DNA of 63,976 bases, filler included, from Octopus bimaculoides (lineage: Eukaryota), in NCBI RefSeq assembly GCF_001194135.2. It is 5 parts of 5 records of this genome, joined end to end, with 100 filler letters (N's around TTAATTAATTAA, not from the genome) between each part and the next. Parts side by side here need not be neighbours in the genome. Positions count along the whole stretch, not along the records: positions 26,553 to 54,525 come from NC_068983.1; positions 54,626 to 56,764 come from NC_068997.1; positions 56,865 to 59,169 come from NC_068992.1; positions 59,270 to 63,976 come from NC_068981.1; 1 more part is not named here. One strand, 5' to 3'. Both the position numbers and the translations under genes were made by a program. How positions within the stretch are numbered: position 1 is the first letter of the stretch; each line of letters opens with the position of its first letter. Positions 53,260 through 63,976 of the stretch are shown here, in pieces. The notes beneath the pieces are model-generated. The model saw only the letters and a list, made by a program, of their open reading frames with translations, made no database searches and had not been told where the DNA came from.

Positions 53260-53552
53260 TTACTTTTTAAGGGGTTTGGTAGACACAGACTGAAGCCTGT
53301 TGTATGTGTGTGTATGTGTGTGTGAGTATGTCTTTGTGTCTCTGTTTGTCCTCCACCACTGCTTGACAACTGGGAGTGGTGCGTTTACATCCCTGTAACT
53401 TAGTAGTTCGGCAAAAGGGACTGATAGAATAAGTATTCGGCTTTAAAAAAAAATTAGTAGTGGGGTTGATTCATTCAACTAAAACTTCTTCAAGGTGGTG
53501 CTCCAGCATGGCCATAGTTTCGTGACTGAAACAAGTAAAAGATAAAAGATAT
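53260..53552 (+). mobile_element. SINE family A copy (partial)
   Basis: ccactgcttgacaact...gttcggcaaaa...ggtggtgctccagcatggcc...gactgaaacaagtaaaaga. Confidence 0.7.
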
Positions 53553-53557
53553 ATCTG

Positions 53558-53588
<31 letters not shown>

Positions 53589-56465
53589 ATACAGTGTACA
53601 TTTAAACACATAAGAGGTATCCATCATAGGAATCCCTTCACGCTAGAAAGAACAGCTAAGTTCCAAACCACTATTAGGGATAAAATTTCGAAGGGAATGA
53701 AAAATATTAAAAAAAGTCTTGCATATTTTAACTGTTCCACTTACAAAGATTGTATTTGTAGTGTGTGAGTTAATTTGTTAGTTTCATTTTCTGAAAACCC
53801 TAGTTTAGTCAGATTGTCACACAGGCATTTACTCAGGAAACCAAAGCACCAATTATTAATTGGCATAAATATGAATTTGTAATCTGGACATAGAGGCTGA
53901 AGTTTGAGAATATATGTGTGTATGTTTGTGTGTATGTTTGTGTATGTGTGTGTATGTATGAATGAATGTACATATGTATGTGTCTGAAAGTATATATATT
54001 TTGATGTAAGTCATCATCATCATCATCATTGTTGTCATTTAATGTCTGTTTTCCACGCTGGCCAGCTGAAGAGCAGGCCAGGCTCTACGTCTGTTTCGAC
54101 ATGGTTTCTGTGGCTGGGTGCTTTTCTTAATGGCAACCACTTTGCAGAGTGGACTGAATGTTTTTTGTTTTTTTTTATGTGGCATCAGCATGGGTGCTTT
54201 TATGTGGCACCTGTGCAGGTGCATTTTATGTGGTGGCAGCACCCATGAGAGCCTGCAAGATTACAGTCACTCAGCTGAAGAAGGATGTAGGGGACATGTA
54301 TGTATATATATGTGTGTGTATATATATATGCATATGTATGTATATATATATATGCATATACACACACATATATATAATTAAGATTCAGTTGAATTAGGTA
54401 CTTAAGTGGCGGCACTACATCAGTCTGGTATTGTCCAAACAGGTCAAAGTTAGGTGAATAAAAATCAAATAAGTAACAAGAATGTCCAGACCTGGACATC
54501 CTTGTTACTTATTTGCATATATATANNNNNNNNNNNNNNNNNNNNNNNNNNNNNNNNNNNNNNNNNNNNTTAATTAATTAANNNNNNNNNNNNNNNNNNN
54601 NNNNNNNNNNNNNNNNNNNNNNNNNTTATCTATGTAGAAAAATATGAATCTGGGAAATACATATATTTTTTATAATTTAATTTTTCTTAAAGAAACGAAT
54701 ATGCCCCTTCCTCCACCTTACCCACCCATCACCTACTCGCTTTTACTTTTTTTGATGTTTCCTGAATGCGTGGAATTCTACTGAAATAGCGAACTTAAAA
54801 AATACCAGACCACCACCAGAAAACCCGACATGCTAGAAACAACAGGTGAATGATATTATTTCTGAAGAAACTTATTCACTTTCCAAAACGCTAAAAGTGA
54901 AACATTGGGAGCATGTAGCTTTTGAAAGTGATGAGGTGATAGGTAAAATTCTTAAAGATTCGTACTCTCTTGAGTGTGTGTATGTGTGTGTGCATGTGTG
55001 TGTGTGTGCATGTACGTGTGTGTTAAAGGAAGTTATTTTATGGCATTATCTCGTTTGAAGGAGCTAAGTTGTCAACTTGACATACATGGGATCATATGAT
55101 TGTTCGTTAATTTTCGTAAAATTCTTTTAATTTCTGTATGCTTTGAAGAGAGCAAAAATTGAAAGTGAGGATAAAGTGAAAGGGCAGCATTTACTTTGAA
55201 GTGAGAGGAGAAAGTGAAAGATGTATGTGTATATGAAATGGATGTGTGTGTGTGAGAGAGAGAGTGAGTGAGTGAGTGAGTGAGTGAAGCTGTGTGCTGT
55301 GATGTATGAATTTTTTTGCCTGTATGTAAATAAATAGGCAGAGGTAAAGAATACGTACACCACCCATTTTCAGCGTAACCCTCACCCTAAGCACCAGGTG
55401 TACGTATTCTTTACCTCCGCCCATAAATACATATGCATACATCTTTTTCTGTGCATGAGAGAGAGAGAGAGAGAGAGTGATTATATTTCCTCATCTTTGA
55501 GATATAGAGAAATGACATAGAGAAATGGATGTCTTTTAATGCAATTTTTGTTGTTGTAGCTCATTTTAATACAATATTTATGTGTACATTTTCATAAATG
55601 CTTGTCTGAGTAGAATTCTACGCATGCATGAAACATCGGACGAAAATGAAACATTAGAAGCAAATTTAAATATTGCGCGAAAATGACCTCAAAATTTTGC
55701 GACTAAACGTAGTTGCCAAGGTTATTTTAGTTGTAAAAAAGAGTTGTTGAGTAAAAAACATGGTTTATTTGGTAGATAGATAATGAGCAGCAGCTAAGAT
55801 TTCTTAAGCAACTTTCTTTATAATAATACAGTATGGCTAATTCGGAGAAATATTACTTCCATTATTCGTAATCGAACACTGTAATTTTGGTTCAAATTGA
55901 AAGTGTGAAACTATTTTCACTTTCTAATAAAACCTGGTCATTGTAACTTTCAATATCAGCGTGTTTCGATTTTGGGTAGATGGATGGGTGGAGAGGGGTT
56001 AAAATCACATGCATATACTAAGACACACACATACAGACATACATTAAAGCACACCTCAAGCCTATCTCTGTCCCTATGCGTGTCTGTGTCTTTAGATGTG
56101 TGTGTGTGTCAGTTGTCACAAAAATGTATGTATACTGACAGACACAAACACTATCACACACATATACTTGTCAGTCATTGGCCTAATGTATGTAACGAAC
56201 GCTTGAACACACTTATATAGAAAATGTGATGTCATCATTGTCATTGGTGGTGGTAAAAAGTGTCATTTACGATAGGTGACTATAAGAAAACTGATAATAT
56301 TACATTTTTGTAATGCAAATAAATGAATGAAAATATAGTTTAGTTGGTAGCTAAAAGCTTACTGAATATTTTGATACCACATACGTCAAAATTGGCAACT
56401 TGGTTTTGGAGTGCATAAGGAATGTACACACACACACACACACACACACACAAGCTCTCTTATAG

Positions 56466-56519
<54 letters not shown>

Positions 56520-56723
56520 ATTTCCTGCCAACAGAGAAAGAGCCAGTTTCTAACCCAGATCCAATGTCCCTTCATTGGAATTTCAAGGTCAACAACAGGG
56601 TAATTTTTGCTTGTTTGTATGTATGTATGTATGTATGTATGTATGTATGTATGTATGTATGCATGTTATATATGTATGGACATTAAACGATGATGATGAT
56701 GATGATGTATATATGTGTGTGCG

Positions 56724-56764
<41 letters not shown>

Positions 56765-57583
56765 NNNNNNNNNNNNNNNNNNNNNNNNNNNNNNNNNNNN
56801 NNNNNNNNTTAATTAATTAANNNNNNNNNNNNNNNNNNNNNNNNNNNNNNNNNNNNNNNNNNNNTATATACTTGGGCCGATTCGTCCGACTAAAATTCTT
56901 CAAGCGGTGCCCCAGCATGGCTGCGGTCTAATGCCTGAAGAAAGTAACATGTAACAACAGATGAAAAATTAGGATATTTCTAGGAGGGGAAAATTAAATG
57001 CAGAATATATGTTGTCAACTCCATTTGTTTTTATGTTGTCTCTCGCGGTTATATGTCACATGAAACAGGTGACGTAAGCGGTAAATTATAATTATTCTAA
57101 TATTACAATATCAGCAGTGTGACAAACGAGGCCGTACAATAGTAATGAAATTCAAATGAAAAATAATTACGGAAATAATAACTCATTTGTTATTGTCAGT
57201 GTATAATCATCATATTTCAACAATATTTCAACTATGCATAATTACTTTACTGCTTTTCAAAATTTACACCCAGCAATTATGCTTCCTTAATTTTGTTATC
57301 CATTACTGATATTTCCTCTTGAACCAGGCTCTTAGAACTCGTGTTTCTTCTCAATTTATTTCCACCCTTTCTCACTATGATATAGGTTAGTTGACCTATT
57401 AATTTACCAATACGTTTAGCTTAATTTTAACCTAACACATTTTTACTATAACACTTGCCATCTTAGTTACTTTAACCGAAATAAATAAAGGTAACAGCAA
57501 ATCTGCACATTTCCACTGATCTATCACCTTCTTATACGCATACGTTCATATATATATGTATGTGGGTGTATATGTGCATATAC

Positions 57584-57617
<34 letters not shown>

Positions 57618-57905
57618 TTTTCTATTTGTGTGCGCGTGTGTGTGTAATATATGCATATATGAATATATATAGGTGTATATGATATATATACATAAGTATG
57701 TTCATGTATATATATATATATGTGTGTATATATACATACATATATTCATACACACACATATACATATATATATGCATGCACACACACCTGTGCGCACATC
57801 CAATATCCAACGATAGAACCTTGTGCACACAATCATATAAATACAAAAATATGCACACAAACATAGTATAATTGCATAATTATATATACATACGTGTGTG
57901 TCTGT

Positions 57906-57939
<34 letters not shown>

Positions 57940-59999
57940 AAGTATGTGTGTGTGTGTTTGTGTTTATGTATGTGTGCATGTATGTGTATATGTTTGCATA
58001 CTTTGTGTATGATTCCACGTGATTATTATATAATAAAATAATATTTTCGAAATATTTCAGCGTGATATCTCCATTAAAGTAGAGATCTATATGCGTGTGC
58101 AAGGTTTTTGCCACAATGAATATTAAAAAGAAGAAGAAATGTTTATTTAATTATATTGCGCGTTCTCTAATATAATTAGCTCACTAGTGTTAATCAAAAT
58201 AATTAAATAAATGTCACGTGTAATTTATGAAAGTCGCAATAAATTCAAATCGATACCTCAAGAGTTCTAGAGCAGAAATTGCGTGCAGCATTATACAGAT
58301 AATTATGCTAACAAATTCACAAAGCATATACATACATGTACAGGTATGCTAGTATGTTTTCACATATTTCAATGAAACACATCACCCATACGTATACATG
58401 CACACGTATGCATAAAATATGATACCTAAATGCATGTATCGTCTATGCGTTTGTCTGTGCCTGTACGTATGTGTGCATTCGTAGATGCTTGTATAAGACT
58501 GTGTATAAAATAACGTGAATATTTAATGTCTAGAAACAATTGTGTCTGTGAATTAAATATACACAAACACATACTCACACACATATAAATATACATACAC
58601 GCACACACTCACCGACACACACACACATCGACATATACAGAGACGCAGACACACACACACATGTACATACACATACATGCGCACAGACACATACATATGC
58701 ATGTCTGAAATTGTGTGTCAAACGTGTTCGGCTATATGTTAGGCTGGTCCTCTTTCCAAGATGCCGTTCAAACTGATGCTCTAATTTCAATGGTAATCCA
58801 AATATAAACTTATTAAATAAGTGTAGTTGTTTGGATATTAGTATCGGGCGCTTAAATGGATATTATTATGGATACTAGTATCGGGCGCATAAATGAAGTA
58901 CACGCGCACACACAATTTCTAAGAATAAATATTTAACAATGTATATATGTAATGATTTGTAATAGTAAGATCCAAGAATCTAGGTGTAGGGAGTTGGTAA
59001 GTTTCGAGCAGTCCGTGGTTGGTATAAAAATCAACTCCCAGGAACATTTGACTTTTTCATTTAACTAAAGTATCTGGGGCCCGATGAGTCGCTAGTACCC
59101 TCGTTGATTAATTATTACTTCCAAGGATCCGAGATTTTGCTAGGAAGGAAACATATGTAGCCTGCATTTNNNNNNNNNNNNNNNNNNNNNNNNNNNNNNN
59201 NNNNNNNNNNNNNTTAATTAATTAANNNNNNNNNNNNNNNNNNNNNNNNNNNNNNNNNNNNNNNNNNNNTATCCTACGTAAAATACTGTCTATGTGATCT
59301 CAAATTTTAAAGCAAACACATAATTTTCTTATGGTTTCTTAAACATTCACTTGAACAAAACTGTACAAATCCAAATATATGGTACCCTAGGCAAAACACC
59401 TACATGAACTTCTAACTTGTTGTCTCTTGAGGTCTCTGGGTGAGACTTGGATCCAACTTGTACAAATGCAAAACAAAAGTCAAACATAAAATAATAATAA
59501 TAATAATAATAATGATAATAATAATAGTGATAATAATGCTTTTTATCTTCTCCAAATATTCCTATCTAGCTACTGTAATGAAAAGATTGCTTTGCCATGA
59601 AGCCGATGCGCCTACCCCCACCACTTCTTCCCCGTATTCAGACAATTATTCATTTTTTTCTTTTTCGGTCGGGACGTCGGCGACTAAACCGGCAACCCCG
59701 CAGAGCTTGCTCTGTGAGGAGGGTGTATGATTCTTGCTATTTTGACACCCTATAAGAAGGAAAAACAAGACCTATATAAAGGCTAATGAACACTTACGAG
59801 CCAATGGACACGGCCACCAAAATAGCATGTACCTAAGAGGCAGAAGCAATCAGAACGCTTGAACACTCCTTCTAGGAGACGGAAACTCCAAAAATTAAAC
59901 CAGGATTACAGGAATCCTATATCCTAGGCTGGAGATCCTGTCAGTGATGGTGTCACGGGGAAAAAATACTGGTGGTTGTGCAACCTAAAATTCACTATC

Positions 60000-61511
60000 C
60001 CTCATCATGAGTGCTGAAATGTGAAATAAAAATAGAAATGAGAACGGCGTGAATGAGGCTGGAACAACTTGTGAAGGTCTCTCGTCTGACGGGTGCCCCA
60101 CGGGTGAGCAGCGTGGGCCCAGTCGTCATCAAGCAACTGCTAAAAGAAGGTGGACGAAAGAAATGAATGTGCCTGTAATAGAGTGCTACTTTCTGGGTAA
60201 TCCGAGAAATGATAAGGAAGTACCCGCTAGGGGGTATAGGAAAAGAATGCACAGGGCATGGAGCGACAGAGGCCTGTTTGAATTAAGTGAACAAAATCCA
60301 TGTGACCAAGCTGGAGCCTTCAGAAAGAATGAATGGTTATCTCCAGTTGAGCTAGAAATCATTAAGAGACGGGTGCTTAGGGATAGTAAGAACAACGGTG
60401 AGCAGAAGGATGAGGAAGAGAATGCAGATAGTGAAACTATGGCAGTGGAGTTAAAGGAAGGAAACGAGCATGAGACTGAGATTATCGATCAGGAAAGGGA
60501 TGAGAGAACCGAGGAGCAGATATCCATTTAAAATTAAATCATTGATATTTGGACCTTTGGTGAACAGAGCTTTGATACGGCGTTTAAAAAAAGTAGACAG
60601 AAAGAAACTCAGTGAATGGATCAGGAAGATAAATGATATCACTGGTGATATAGAGATATCAGGAATGACAACACCACAGACACCAACAATCTGATAAATG
60701 CAATCTAGATCTTTATATCCTGGAATTTAGGTTTGAAAGCCAAAGGTAAATGTCAACATAACCTGATGGTGGAAAAGGAGAATAATGCAGTCTATTAACG
60801 AGACCAGAAATCATTAATATTCTGGAATGGGGAAAAAAAAAAGAAATGAAGTTCAGCGAGAGAAATATGTTGAGCTAGAGAGGAAGTATAGGGTGAAGAG
60901 AAAGGGAATCAATGTTGTGATGGCGGAATTAAAACAGAGGTTGAAAGCTAAAGCACATAAACTGAAGAGATATGAACAGAGAATTGAGGAATTGAGGATT
61001 AAACAGGCTTTTCGAACAAAATCAGAAACGAGTCTATCAGGAACTGGATGGGAGAGAAAAAGGTGCCGGATGCTGAAGAGAGCGAAAAATTCTGGGCAAA
61101 CATATGATCTCAGGAGAAACAACACGAAACTGAAGCAGAGTGGTTAAAGAAACTGAAAGACGAGAGTGGAGAGTAACAGCAGGAGGATTTGAGAATAACC
61201 GAGGTGATGATCAGAGATCAGTGCAAGAAGATTCCTAACTGGAAAGTGCCTGACCCAGATGAGGGTTCAGGGCTTTTGGCTTTAAAACTTGACAGCTCTG
61301 CACAGGAGAATTGCGAGACAGATGGACGAAATGCTGAGTAGTGACATTCAAGTACCGGCCTAGATGACAAAGAGGAAGAACGGTACTATACCAGAAGGGT
61401 CCAAGTAAAGGGAATGCAGTTGGAAATTTCCGACCAATATCTTGCTTGCCACTGGTGTGGAAACTGATGACGAGCATCATATCAAACAGCATCTATAACT
61501 ACCTAGAGACA
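60000..61511 (+). mobile_element. R4/Dong-like non-LTR retrotransposon, 5' part, decayed and 3'-truncated
   Basis: RGYRKRMHRAWSDRGLFELSEQNPCDQAGAFRKNEWLSPVELEIIKR; YVELERKYRVKRKG...ELKQRLKAKAHKLKRYEQR; CKKIPNWKVPDPD; [29 protein letters not shown] (RT entry motif). The 5' boundary is uncertain. Confidence 0.78.
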
Positions 61512-62710
61512 TGGTGGAGTTGCTGCATACATGCGAGGTCTTACTGTCATACATAGTATGGTATATTGGTATAATTTGGTATGAGTACTTCTGCATACTC
61601 TATATCAGGGCTCAGGTGAGTTTCCACGAGAGCTATGCATAGGGCTTGATTGCATGCAGCAAGGTCTCTCAAGAAAACAAATTTTACTTTTGTTGTTATG
61701 ATGCAACAGGCTTTCAATATTTAGAAAAATATTGGCGTGACGACTGTGCAGGCGTTAGGGGATGCCATCCCGTGTTTTTTGATTGTGGAGGTCTTGTGCA
61801 GTGGTGGGCAAGGTTCCTTCTTTGCGCTTGATGTAGCCAGGTCAACTTCTGCACAATTTTTTGCGCCATGCACAAAAAAGATTCTTGCTCAGCTGCTACC
61901 TTGCGCATAACATCTGAAGAGCGCACTGCTTTTGCATATGTTTTCTTTGGATGCGACATGTGCCTTTCCTCAGGCAAGTATTTCTCCTTAAGGCCTCTGT
62001 AGTTTTGGCGGGATCTCAAGTGAGCAAACCGGCAGTTTGTACTGTCTTCCCCATGCCAACATTTGACTTGCAGGTAAAATTTGCAGGTCCTTGAGTGCAC
62101 TCCAAATTTCTTCTCTCCTCAAGTGTTTCGGATTCCATTGGAGCCTCCATATTTGAGTTTTCTGTTTTTTTGTTTGGTTGTTTGGGGTTTCGGTTTTAGT
62201 TATATCATTTTTTCCTTTTCCTTTTTCTCCCCTTCCTTCTTTATGTTTGTGCTCGTGTTCTTTCCTTCCTTTTGTGGTAGCGTTTGCATTCCTCTGGTTG
62301 TCCAGTGGGGTGAGGACTCCGTTCCTTCGTAGGGCCACTGACACAGAGGGGTTTCTGGTTGCTGCTTCCTTGGCTACCCTATCCTTATCAGCCTGGTCGT
62401 TCACAAGGGTAGGAGATCCATTCTTTTGAGGAACCACTGAATCAAAGAGACTTATGGTTTTTGTTTTGTTTTCCCTATCCTTATCAATCTCGCTACAGTA
62501 ATTTTCCATGATAACATCAAGAGTGTCAATGTGTGGTCTGATAAGGGCATAGGATCGGATGAATTCATTTTTCTTTCGCTCTGTCTGATCAATTGTTCTT
62601 CAGTGCAGTAGTGATGATGTTGTTTGGCGGATCGCCGCTAGCAATCGTCCATGCTCGCAACAGATGATTCAGATCTTTGTTCTTCCACTTTGGTGCCATC
62701 TTCGTTTTTT
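61510..62710 (-). mobile_element. CR1/L2-group LINE 5' part: ORF1 with CCCH finger and start of ORF2 AP-endonuclease, decayed
   Basis: Minus strand RTCKFYLQVKCWHGEDSTNCRFAH (CCCH-type), then LCIALVETHLSPDIEYAEVLIPNYT (APE N-terminal ETHL motif). The element is truncated there. Confidence 0.65.
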
Positions 62711-62719
62711 AAGCCCATA

Positions 62720-63320
62720 GGGGGAGGAAAAGGTAGGGAGGAAGTGAAAGAGAGATAGAAGAATAAAGACTGAAGGAGGGACAGAGAAAGAGAAAGGGAG
62801 ATATAAAAGAAAGAGAGAGGGTGATGTGAAGAAAGAGAAAGAGGGTGTGGGGTAATAGCGAGACAGGGGGCGGGAGAGGAGGTGAAGAGAAAGAAAGACA
62901 GAGTGAGGGAGAGGAGGGGGAGAGAAAGAGAGACAGAATGAGGGAGAGAAAGGAGAGAATGAAGGATTTGAGGTAAAGGGAGAGACGGAGTGAAAAGAGG
63001 AGGAAAATGAGAAGTATATAAGGGAGAGGGTGAGGTGACAGAGGGAGAGGTAGATGTAGGGAGAGACAAAGGAAGGGAAAGAGAAGTGAGAAAAGGAGGA
63101 AAATATGAAAGGGATGGGGAGACAGAATGAGGAAGTGAGATGAAAAAGGGAGGAATATATGGAAGAGATAGGGAGAGGCTTAGGTGTAAAAAGAAATAAA
63201 GGGAGGGAAATAGAAGCGGGAAAGGGAGGAATATATGTAAAGGAAAGAGAGAGGAGAGAGAAAGGGTAGTTATGAAAGAGAGAGGGGGAGCAGGTAACGA
63301 AGATATGAAGGAAAGCGAAA
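62720..63320 (+). repeat. ~600-bp purine-rich (G/A) low-complexity tract
   Basis: The + strand is overwhelmingly G/A. Confidence 0.85.
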
Positions 63321-63909
63321 AACAAAAGGTATAAATCTAGACGGGCGCCGTAAAAGAAGTGAATAAGAAATGATTGCGAAAAGAAAGGAGTTTCGTAATG
63401 AATTCGCTACCGAATAGAATGTAAAACGAAGACGTCGCTGTAAGAAAAAGTTGAATGAAAAACTATAGTGATAGAGAGAAAACGTTTCGTAACGAATCTG
63501 CTACCGTAAATTCTTCGAATGGAAACAAGCAATAAGTCTTAACTCCGGTATTAGCAATGACAAAAGAAAATAAACAAGATGAGTAGGAAACTTATTCCCA
63601 AGAGGTAAAATTCCAATCCTTGTTCTTGTACGAAGAAGTTTTGTTTCAAAAAACAAATTTTTTTCTTGTTCCACGCGGCAGCAAATAAGTACGATTTATC
63701 ACCACTTGCTTTCTTCGAGGACAACTCTGGCTTGCATCACTGACTTTAATGTAGTATATTAAACTTTTAGTGTAATATATTACTTTTTTTTTTACCAATA
63801 TATTATAGGGGACGTTTATGAAATAACAGGTACTACGTTTTTTTTGTCAGTTTCAGTGGACTTTTTCGTCGATTTAGGGAAAAGCACGTCTTTCCACAAC
63901 GAAACCGGA

Positions 63910-63976
<67 letters not shown>

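Overview
AT-rich, repeat-dense eukaryotic genomic DNA from a gapped draft assembly. The SINE families and microsatellite load suggest an octopus (inference). The only host gene I can support is an ESRP1/2-fusilli family splicing regulator on the + strand. Four exons are visible (37095-37184, 37757-37811, 43380-43555, 44301-44395). The first-RRM 'RARGLPW' exon, the 5' exons and the 3' exons are not in the called sequence. The rest is at least four SINE families, decayed LINEs (two RTE, two CR1-group, one R4/Dong-like), a probable BEL/Pao gag fossil, two MITE-like hairpins and many micro/minisatellites. The most interesting signal is a short non-coding element carrying a minimal type I hammerhead-ribozyme motif (CUGAUGA-A-stem II-GAAA, palindromic ACGU stem III). 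There are three motif copies: two as inverted arms around a tRNA-like Pol III head (27171-27506) and one in sense inside an ESRP intron (38295-38340). This resembles a tRNA-headed, Penelope-type ribozyme retroelement. All calls were made by eye with no database searches, and repeat boundaries are approximate.
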